Source: Actinomycetota bacterium (GTDB lineage: Bacteria > Actinomycetota > Actinomycetes > Actinomycetales > Microbacteriaceae). From it: a stretch of DNA of 43,336 nt. The stretch lies in assembly GCA_040390225.1 (NCBI GenBank), contig JAZJYU010000061.1:4104-47439 (forward strand). The letters run 5' to 3'. Position numbers and translations under genes: made by a program. Below are positions 1-6,766 of the stretch, piece by piece. The notes beneath the pieces are model-generated. The model had not been told where the DNA came from. It saw only the letters and a program-made list of their open reading frames with translations, and did not search any database. The first letter of the stretch is position 1, and each line of letters opens with the position of its first letter.

Positions 1-712
1 GGCACGACGATGCCGCCGATGGAGACCTTGCCTGTGATCTGGCCGGTGGCGGTGTCGGGGCGACCGGGCCGCCGGGTATGGATGCCGCGCTGCCGGCGAT
101 GCTGTGCACCGTCTGGAACCCGTTGAAGTTCTGGATCACACCTCCGGCGATCAGGATGATCGCGGCGATGATCGACATCGGCAGGAGCAGGCGCAGCGCC
201 GAGCGGGTGATATCGACCCAGAAGTTACCGACCGTGCCCGTCTTGCGATAGGCGAGGCCGCGAACGAGCGCGATCGCGACCGCGATGCCGACGGCGACGG
301 AGAGGAAGTTCTGCACCACCAGTCCGCCGAGTTGCACCGCATAGCCCATGGTCACGTCGGGCGAGTACGACTGCCAGTTCGTGTTGGTGATGAAGGACGC
401 AGCGGTGTTGAACGAGAGACCTTCCGGTATCGCCGGGAACCCGAGGGCGTACGGCAGCACTGCCTGCAGGCGCTGAATCGCGTAGAGCAGGAGCACGCCC
501 ACCATCGAGAAGATCAGCACGCTGCGCAAGTACAGGCGCCAGGTCTGCTCCGAGCTCGAATCGACGCCGATGACGCGATAGAAGCCGCGCTCGACCTTGA
601 GGTCTTTCGACGGCGAGAACATGTGTGCCATGTAGTCGCCGAGCGGACGGTACACGACCGCGAGGAGTACGAAGAGGGTCAGGATCTGCAGGATCCCGAA
701 AAGTACGGTCAT
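1..712 (-). CDS. kdpA: Potassium-transporting ATPase subunit A, 5' part; homology holds from 712 down to ~59
   Basis: Manual translation from ATG 712: MTVLFGILQILTLFVLLAVVYRPLGDYM...EQTWRLYLRSVL...SFNTAASFITNTNWQSYS...QNFLSVAVGIAVAIALVRG...GNFWVD...GGVIQNF...IPGGPVA, all KdpA hallmarks. ATG overlaps the kdpF stop (TGATG). Absent from the ORF track because it runs off the window. Confidence 0.95.
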   Translation of the reverse strand, partial: MTVLFGILQILTLFVLLAVVYRPLGDYMAHMFSPSKDLKVERGFYRVIGVDSSSEQTWRLYLRSVLIFSMVGVLLLYAIQRLQAVLPYALGFPAIPEGLSFNTAASFITNTNWQSYSPDVTMGYAVQLGGLVVQNFLSVAVGIAVAIALVRGLAYRKTGTVGNFWVDITRSALRLLLPMSIIAAIILIAGGVIQNFNGFQTVHSIAGSAASIPGGPVAPTPPPARSQARSPSAASSC

Positions 713-801
713 CAGAATCGCTCCGGTTTCAGAAGGGCGATTACGAGGTAGACGAGCGCGGCAACGGCCAGGACCGCAGCGACGATGGTGAAGACGATCA
801 C
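712..801 (-). CDS. kdpF: K+-transporting ATPase subunit F (29 aa)
   Basis: GTG start, MIVFTIVAAVLAVAALVYLVIALLKPERF; YL..AL..PE.F KdpF motif directly upstream of kdpA. Confidence 0.93.
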   Translation of the reverse strand: MIVFTIVAAVLAVAALVYLVIALLKPERF

Positions 802-881
802 AGTTTCTCTACCCCCCAGGCGACGACGCCGATCACCGCGAACACGGCGATGACGACGAGGACATACACAACGTCGAGCAC
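798..881 (-). CDS. 27-aa single-TM peptide upstream of kdpF
   Basis: GGAG RBS then GTG: MLDVVYVLVVIAVFAVIGVVAWGVEKL; stop overlaps the kdpF start (GTGA). Confidence 0.8.
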   Translation of the reverse strand: MLDVVYVLVVIAVFAVIGVVAWGVEKL

Positions 882-984
882 AGGTAGCTCCATTCAGATG
901 TTGATCGCGGGACTCCCGATCGAGCCCGATGCCGTGAGGCACAGCAGATGAGTAGACACCCTCCGCCCTGTCGGCTCCGGGCTA

Positions 985-1033
985 CTCACGAAATCCTTAC
1001 GCCGGAAAGCGAAACCCTAACGGCATGCTTACG
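985..1033 (-). promoter_or_regulatory. Phased direct-repeat array upstream of the kdp operon (putative KdpE site)
   Basis: + strand CTCACG 985, CTTACG 996, CTAACG 1017, CTTACG 1028; spacing 11/21/11, typical of OmpR-family tandem binding. Confidence 0.7.
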
Positions 1034-1094
1034 TCGCCTTCCGCCGCCATCAGGGTCACCCGTCATGGTCCCCGGCTGAACGAGTGGAACTGTC

Positions 1095-1697
1095 CTAATC
1101 CCGCCTCGACGAAGCCCTGAGACCCGCCGTCAACTCCTCGGCCAACTCGCCGCGAAGGGGTTCGAGCGCGCGGTAGAGCGCAGCGCAGTCGAGGTCGTAT
1201 TCCGCGTCGGCGAGCGCTCCGAATGCGAGCCGACGATCGATGCGCGCGAGCACAGCGAGGGCAGAGTGCATGGCATCGACGTTTCCGAAGGCCCGTTCCT
1301 GCCCACCGGCGTGCACGGTCAGCACGGCAATTCTGAGCGACGCCGCTCGCTCCCTGCGAGTCGATGCGGCGCCGATCAACGCCCCGAGACCATACACGGC
1401 GACCCCGATGTAGCACGCTGCGGCCAGCGAGACGAAAAAGCTCAGCGCCACCAGCGTGGCCAGGGCGAACCCGATCCCCACGACGGGCCAATACCGATAT
1501 GCGATGAGCGCGCGTCTCTTGCTCGCATCCGTACCGGGCGGGAAGAGGATGAGGCTCTGGTAGATGTTCGACGAAGAGCCGATGGCGACCGTCTGCGAGT
1601 AGCCCCAGCGGTGCTTTCCCTCGAGCCGGCCGATCGCGCGCATCAGCGCACGCTCGAGCGCTGCGAACCTGGGCAGCGTGATCGCCGAATCAGCCAT
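1095..1697 (-). CDS. Two-TM membrane protein, DUF6611-like
   Basis: 200 aa; HRWG...LILFPPGT...RR.L..YR.WP followed by two hydrophobic helices; family recalled, not searched. Confidence 0.65.
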   Translation of the reverse strand: MADSAITLPRFAALERALMRAIGRLEGKHRWGYSQTVAIGSSSNIYQSLILFPPGTDASKRRALIAYRYWPVVGIGFALATLVALSFFVSLAAACYIGVAVYGLGALIGAASTRRERAASLRIAVLTVHAGGQERAFGNVDAMHSALAVLARIDRRLAFGALADAEYDLDCAALYRALEPLRGELAEELTAGLRASSRRD

Positions 1698-1737
1698 GCA
1701 CCCGGTCTACGCCCGCAACCGCGCCTCTCGGCCGGGA

Positions 1738-1787
1738 CTAACGCATTGCACGCGGCGGGAGCGCCGAAACCTAACGTTTCGCACACA
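1738..1787 (-). promoter_or_regulatory. Phased repeat array (putative KdpE-type site)
   Basis: CTAACG 1738, CACGCG 1749, CTAACG 1771, CACACA 1782 (11/22/11); first repeat 41 nt from ATG 1697. Confidence 0.5.
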
Positions 1788-1795
1788 CTCCGGCG

Positions 1796-2314
1796 CTATG
1801 ACGCGCCGGAGATGCGAATGTCGTGAAGCACGGTGATCCCGACGCAGGGGAACAGGATCAGGTCGCCGACGGCGATGTCGGCGGGAAGGTTCCGCACGAC
1901 ATAGCTCAGCGCGTCGGGCAGCGGTCCGCCGACGAGCATTTCGAAGCGAGAGCACTCCGAAGCGCGCCCTATCAACCGAGCCTCGGTGAAGATCGGGCGA
2001 CACCCGCCAAGCTCCGCATCGATCGTCACGTGGACGGCCCCCTCCGTGCTCAGCGTCACCGCCAGAACGCGCGTGACGATCAGTGAGCCGACTCGCCAGT
2101 CACCGAGCGGCTGTGGCGGAACGGGCGCGGGGTCGCAGTTGTGAACACAGGGCGTGCCGGCCCAGTCGACCAGGCACCGCATCGAGATTCCCGCGACGAC
2201 GACATCCGAATCGTTCGTGCTGACATGAGGGGGCCATGGCGCCCCGAGGCCGTCGGGGGGATCGTCGTGCGGGCGGGAGGCTGACTCAGTGCGATGCACG
2301 GTGGTGGTTGACAT
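1796..2314 (-). CDS. LysA (DAP decarboxylase)-derived short protein lacking the PLP barrel, paralogue 1
   Basis: 172 aa; WPPH...DVVVAGISM..LVDWAGTPC (LysA N-terminal like) joined to VTIDA...ARLIGRAS...LPADIAVGDLILFP (LysA C-terminal beta-domain like). Confidence 0.7.
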   Translation of the reverse strand: MSTTTVHRTESASRPHDDPPDGLGAPWPPHVSTNDSDVVVAGISMRCLVDWAGTPCVHNCDPAPVPPQPLGDWRVGSLIVTRVLAVTLSTEGAVHVTIDAELGGCRPIFTEARLIGRASECSRFEMLVGGPLPDALSYVVRNLPADIAVGDLILFPCVGITVLHDIRISGAS

Positions 2315-2354
2315 GCCATCGGTCTACGCGATCGCAGCCTGCTCGCCGGCCGGT

Positions 2355-2467
2355 CTAACGAAGCCCACACGGTTTCGTACCGATTCCGAACGGTTTCCGT
2401 GCGCGACGGAGGTCGCAGTGCGAGCACTTCGTGAAGATTTGCCGCAATCGTGTAGGGATTCCGTCAG
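2355..2467. promoter_or_regulatory. Two back-to-back phased repeat arrays in the divergent promoter
   Basis: Leftward: CTAACG 2355, CACACG 2366, CGAACG 2387, CGTGCG 2398. Rightward: TGCGAG 2419, CGTGAA 2430, TGTAGG 2451, CGTCAG 2462. Both 11/21/11. Confidence 0.55.
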
Positions 2468-2539
2468 AATCGGACCGTCACGTCGCGATGAGACCCACAC
2501 TCGAGCAATGCGTGTCTCCCTCGGTCGATCGCGGCGGCG

Positions 2540-3061
2540 ATGACCCTCACCACGATTCTTCCTTCGCTGCGGCGAAGCATTCCGGATCCACTGGATCCGG
2601 ACCAATGGCCCGAGGGCACGGTCGCGACGACGACCGACCTCATCGTCGCCGGCCTCTCCCTTACTCATGTCGCCGAAGTGAGCGGTACGCCCTGCTCTGT
2701 CTCGGGCTGCTCCGTTGCTCCCGGAACTCATGGGCGCCCTTCGACGACGCACCACACCTCGGTCACCCTCGTGACGGTGACCTCCTGTGACGTCGGCCCG
2801 GCAGGCGAGCTCAGCATCGGGGTCGACGGCGGACCGGACTGTGCCACGCAGATCTGGCCCGCGGCCCGGCTGGTCGGGCGCGCCTCGGTGTGCCATGTGC
2901 GGCCGGTGGCGTTCGGTCTACCGGCGGGCCCTGGCCGGGTGGGCCTCACAGTCCTGCTTCCCGGAGACATCCGGGTGGGCGACCTGCTCGCCATCCCCTC
3001 CCGGCCGATCCGCGTCGCGGCGACGGGTGATGGCCCTGGATGGCTGGAAGACCTGGAGTAG
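2540..3061 (+). CDS. LysA-derived short protein lacking the PLP barrel, paralogue 2
   Basis: 173 aa; MTLTTILPSLRRSIPDPLDPDQWP...DLIVAGLSLTHVAEVSGTPC...GVDGG...ARLVGRAS...LPGDIRVGDLLAIP. Confidence 0.75.
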   Translation: MTLTTILPSLRRSIPDPLDPDQWPEGTVATTTDLIVAGLSLTHVAEVSGTPCSVSGCSVAPGTHGRPSTTHHTSVTLVTVTSCDVGPAGELSIGVDGGPDCATQIWPAARLVGRASVCHVRPVAFGLPAGPGRVGLTVLLPGDIRVGDLLAIPSRPIRVAATGDGPGWLEDLE

Positions 3062-3078
3062 CGAAGAACCGCTCAGCG

Positions 3079-4131
3079 CTACAGCCACTTCCTTCTCCGG
3101 AAGAGCACGAACAGCGCAACGGCTGTGCCTGCCATGACGGCAAGCGCGAGTGGGTAGCCGAACGCCCAGTGCGTCTCCGGCATGACATCGAAATTCATCC
3201 CGTAGATCGTGCCGATAATGGTCGGCGGAAACATGATGGCCGCCCAGGCCGAGATCTTCTTCAGCCCCTCGTTCTGCGCGATATTCACTTCTGTGAGCCG
3301 TTTCGTCTCTTCATTCTGCGCGAGGCTCGCCTCGGACAGCACGCGCATCGCGTCGTTCTGACGCTGGGTCACCGCTGTCGCGTGGATCTCCAGCGCGCTC
3401 TGCGTCACGGTGCGAAGCGAGTCGGCGCGGCTGCTCACCCGCGAGATGCGATCACGCAGGGCGTCCAGGTCTGCGCGGAGCGGAACTGCGACGTGATACT
3501 TCTCTGCTCCGCGGCGCAGGCGGTCGAGCATGTCGTTGAGGGGATGCACCGCGCGCTGGAACGAGACGACCGTGTTCATCGCGCGGAAGATCTCCCGGAC
3601 GAGGGCTGGATCGTCGTCGAACAGGCGATCCTCCAACTCGTCGACGGCGATCTCGAGCCGGGTGATCGCGGGCCGATAATCCCGCACGACGGCGTCGAGG
3701 ATCGCATAGAGGATGGCCTCGGGCCCCAGAGACAATCGGTCAGGCGAAGATTCGAGCCGGGACCTCAGCTCCCCCAGTTCGGGAGAACTGCTCTTGCGAA
3801 CGCTCAGCAGAAAACCCTGTCCGACGACGATGTCAAGCTCACCGAACTCGACCTCGCCGCTCTCGCTCGACAGCACCGCCGTTCGCACCACGACGAACAA
3901 ATTCGTTCCGGAGCGTTCCAGCCGTGAGCGACGGTGGTCAACCATCACCTCGTCGCGAATCGACGGATGGACTGCGAATCGCTCCGCGACCTCGAGGAAC
4001 TCTGCGGCGGTTGGCTTGTACAGGCCCGTCCATGTGACGATCTTCTCCCGGAGCGCAGGAAGGCTGGGCAGCGGGGCCTGCGGCGCGGAACGACGGCCTG
4101 CGACGTAGGTCGCGGTGTCCACGAGGGGCAT
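3079..4131 (-). CDS. corA: CorA-family Mg2+/Co2+ transporter
   Basis: 350 aa; C-terminal PPTIIGTIYGMNFDVMPETHWAFGY with GMN signature and two TM helices; AGGAGG RBS. Confidence 0.93.
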   Translation of the reverse strand: MPLVDTATYVAGRRSAPQAPLPSLPALREKIVTWTGLYKPTAAEFLEVAERFAVHPSIRDEVMVDHRRSRLERSGTNLFVVVRTAVLSSESGEVEFGELDIVVGQGFLLSVRKSSSPELGELRSRLESSPDRLSLGPEAILYAILDAVVRDYRPAITRLEIAVDELEDRLFDDDPALVREIFRAMNTVVSFQRAVHPLNDMLDRLRRGAEKYHVAVPLRADLDALRDRISRVSSRADSLRTVTQSALEIHATAVTQRQNDAMRVLSEASLAQNEETKRLTEVNIAQNEGLKKISAWAAIMFPPTIIGTIYGMNFDVMPETHWAFGYPLALAVMAGTAVALFVLFRRRKWL

Positions 4132-4179
4132 GGGGTTCCTCCTGCATCGCGCTAGCCGGTCTGGGCGGCACAGCTCACG

Positions 4180-4228
4180 CTAACGCGACCCCAGAACCCG
4201 AACCGCTGTCCTTTACGGATCCAATACG
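4180..4228 (-). promoter_or_regulatory. Partial phased repeat array upstream of corA
   Basis: CTAACG 4180, TTTACG 4212, AATACG 4223 (32/11 spacing; second position degenerate). Confidence 0.45.
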
Positions 4229-4384
4229 GAATTCACGGCTTGGCCAGGTGAGAGCTGATCGCTCGCTTCCCGAGTCGACCGCTGAGCCGAAGCCCTACCG
4301 ACAGTGGCCACAGCGTTCTGACGAATGACTCCGTTCTGCGGAGCAGGCCTTCTCTTTCACGGCTTTTCGCCCGAGGATCGGGGC

Positions 4385-4918
4385 ATGCGAAAAGTCGTCG
4401 TCTACGAACTGATGTCCCTCGATGGAGTCGCCGAGGATCCGGACGGTTTCATCGCCGAGTGGGACGACGTGATGGATCACAACCTGGCTGATGTGATCGG
4501 GCGGCAGGACGCCGTCATCCTGGGTCGTCGCAGTTACGACGAGTGGTCCCGGTTCTGGCCGAGCAGCGACATCCAGCCGTTCGCGCGGTTCATCAATACG
4601 ACCGCGAAGTATGTTGCGACATCCACACCTCTCGGCACGACGTGGCAGAACGCGATCGCGATCGATGGCGGACTCGTCGATTTCGTGGGCGCCCTGAAAG
4701 CCCGGCCAGGCGGAGACATCGGGGTGCACGCGAGCATCTCGGTCGCCCGCACGCTGCTGACGGCCGGCCTGGTCGACGAACTCAGGCTTGTGGTCGCGCC
4801 GGCGATCATCGGAACCGGGAGCCGTCTTCTGGATGGAGTGCCCGCCATGAACTTCGAGCTCGCAGGCAGTGCGATCTCCCCGACCGGCTGCCTGCTGCTG
4901 GACTACCGCGCTAGATGA
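4385..4918 (+). CDS. Dihydrofolate reductase family / RibD C-terminal domain protein
   Basis: MRKVVVYELMSLDG...ILGRRSY...GLVDELRLVVAPAIIGTGSRL; start reassigned to ATG 4385. Confidence 0.88.
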   Translation: MRKVVVYELMSLDGVAEDPDGFIAEWDDVMDHNLADVIGRQDAVILGRRSYDEWSRFWPSSDIQPFARFINTTAKYVATSTPLGTTWQNAIAIDGGLVDFVGALKARPGGDIGVHASISVARTLLTAGLVDELRLVVAPAIIGTGSRLLDGVPAMNFELAGSAISPTGCLLLDYRAR

Positions 4919-4933
4919 GCACGGCTGAGCCGA

Positions 4934-4975
4934 GTGACTTTGGTCCCGATGAACCAGTGGCACATGAGTCAAACT
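4934..4975 (+). promoter_or_regulatory. DosR-type box with -10 element
   Basis: GTGACTTTGGTCCC 4934-4947; CAAACT 22 nt downstream. Confidence 0.6.
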
Positions 4976-5126
4976 CTTGTTTATCGGAGGGAATCGGATG
5001 CGCGATACGGGGGTATTCCGCGCAACACACAAGTGGGGACCGGGTCGGGGGTGACTCGGTCTCCACCGTGCCGGATCGAATCCGAAGGACACCGTTGAAC
5101 CTGGTCGGGATGGCCCCTGGATAGAC

Positions 5127-5140
5127 GGGACCAAGGTCCT
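5127..5140. promoter_or_regulatory. DosR-type box
   Basis: GGGACCAAGGTCCT palindrome; -10 candidates on both sides (GAGGCT on + at 5163, CAGGTT on - at 5103-5098). Confidence 0.65.
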
Positions 5141-5282
5141 TATGATCCACTGGCACATAGACGAGGCTCTGCTGCATCGGATCATGTCCGAGTGCGAGAT
5201 ATGGGGGTATCCCGCACTGCATACGCATGGAGGCCGGGTCTCGGGTGACCTGGCCTCCATTTCGTTTCGCCTCTGGCCTTGC

Positions 5283-5324
5283 GGGACCTTCGGCCCAATC
5301 CGCGCAGCGCACAGCGCCCACACT
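5283..5324 (+). promoter_or_regulatory. DosR-type box with -10, leaderless ADH promoter
   Basis: GGGACCTTCGGCCC 5283-5296; CACACT 5319-5324; ATG 6 nt later. Confidence 0.75.
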
Positions 5325-5330
5325 GGGCCC

Positions 5331-6365
5331 ATGAGAGCACTTCAGTATCGTCAGGTAGGTTCCGCCCCCGAGGTCGTCGAGATCGACACCCCGGAACCCG
5401 GCCCGGGCCAGGTGCGGCTGAAGGTCACCGCCGCGGGCCTCTGTCATTCCGACTCGTTCATCATGGGGCTGCCCGCCGAGCAGTACATCTACGGACTTCC
5501 GCTGACTCTCGGCCACGAAGGCGCAGGCATCGTCGACAAGCTCGGCGACGGAGTCACCGGAGTGGCCGTGGGCGACGCCGTCGCGGTCTATGGACCGTGG
5601 GGATGCGGTCGTTGCCACGCCTGCTCGGAGGGCCGCGAGAACTACTGCACCAACGCAGCCGCTCTCGGCATCGTGCCACCCGGACTCGGTGCGCCGGGCG
5701 CGATGGCCGACTACCTGATCGTCGACGACCCGCGACACCTCGTGCCGCTTGGCGACCTCGACCCCGTCGAAACCGTCTCCCTGACAGACGCCGGCCTCAC
5801 GCCCTACCACGCGATCAAGTCCAGCCTCGCGCATCTCTACCCGGGGTCGACGGCCGTCGTGATCGGCTCGGGCGGGCTCGGCCATGTCGCCATCCAGATC
5901 CTGAAAGCGATCAGCTCCGCCACCGTGATCGTCATCGACGTCGACGAGAAGAAGCTGGCTCTGGCGAAGCAGGTGGGCGCCGACCAGACGATCGTCTCCG
6001 GTCCGGATGCCGCCGCCGCGATCCGAACCGCAACCGGCGGCATCGGAGCACAGGCCGTGTTCGACTTCGTCGGAGCGCAGCCCACCCTTGACATCGCCCG
6101 GGAATCCGTAGCCGTCGACGGCATCATCCAGGTCGTCGGAATCGGCGGCGGAATCCTGCCGACCGGCTTCTTCTCGACCCCCTTCGGGGCTGCGGTGCAG
6201 GCACCGTACTGGGGTTCGCGCTCCGAGTTGATCGAGGTGCTCGACCTCGCCCGGCGCGGTCTGGTGAAAGTGCACGTCGAGCGATTCACACTCGACCAGG
6301 CTCCCGAGGCGTATGACCGGCTGCACGCGGGTACGATCTCCGGTCGCGCCGTCGTCGTGCCGTGA
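5331..6365 (+). CDS. Zn-dependent NAD(P) alcohol dehydrogenase (Rhodococcus ADH-A / phenylacetaldehyde reductase type)
   Basis: MRALQY...GLCHSD...GHEGAG...CGRCHAC..G.ENYC...GSGGLG...PYWGSRSEL; start reassigned to 5331. Confidence 0.92.
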   Translation: MRALQYRQVGSAPEVVEIDTPEPGPGQVRLKVTAAGLCHSDSFIMGLPAEQYIYGLPLTLGHEGAGIVDKLGDGVTGVAVGDAVAVYGPWGCGRCHACSEGRENYCTNAAALGIVPPGLGAPGAMADYLIVDDPRHLVPLGDLDPVETVSLTDAGLTPYHAIKSSLAHLYPGSTAVVIGSGGLGHVAIQILKAISSATVIVIDVDEKKLALAKQVGADQTIVSGPDAAAAIRTATGGIGAQAVFDFVGAQPTLDIARESVAVDGIIQVVGIGGGILPTGFFSTPFGAAVQAPYWGSRSELIEVLDLARRGLVKVHVERFTLDQAPEAYDRLHAGTISGRAVVVP

Positions 6366-6766
6366 GCGGACTGCTTCTTGTCGCCGTCATCCTGATCACG
6401 GCTGCGCTCCTCTTCTATACGACCGGCGTCTGGGCCGAACGCGTCAAGGGAACGCTGCGACCGTGGCATTCCGTGATGTTCGCACTGGGGTTCGCCAGCG
6501 ACCTGAGCGGCACCCTCGTGATGACTCGCATAGCGAGCACGCAGGCGGCCGGAACGTCATCGCTCGGGTCTGCCCTGACCGTCGTGATGGCGATCACCGG
6601 AACCGCGGCACTGGTGCTGATGGGGGTGCACCTCATCGCCGCGATCGTCGTTCTCGCGCGGTCACGTGCGCCGGAGCTGGCCTGGTTCCACCGCGCGTCC
6701 ATCGTCGTCTGGAGCATCTGGCTCGTGCCCTTCATCGCCGGGGCCGTGTCGGCGAACGTGCACTGA
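6362..6766 (+). CDS. HsmA-family 4-TM membrane protein
   Basis: ITAALLFYTTGVWAE...L.PWH..MF..GF..D..GT..M...ITG..A..LM..H pattern matches HsmA/TIGR03987 as recalled; GTGA overlap with ADH. Confidence 0.75.
   Translation: MSGLLLVAVILITAALLFYTTGVWAERVKGTLRPWHSVMFALGFASDLSGTLVMTRIASTQAAGTSSLGSALTVVMAITGTAALVLMGVHLIAAIVVLARSRAPELAWFHRASIVVWSIWLVPFIAGAVSANVH

Noticed and set aside
104-751. 215-aa + strand ORF
   Set aside because: Antisense shadow of kdpA/kdpF
894-955. Possible riboswitch (e.g. c-di-AMP) in the kdp leader
   Set aside because: Leader only ~60 nt with a weak hairpin; no recognisable aptamer motifs
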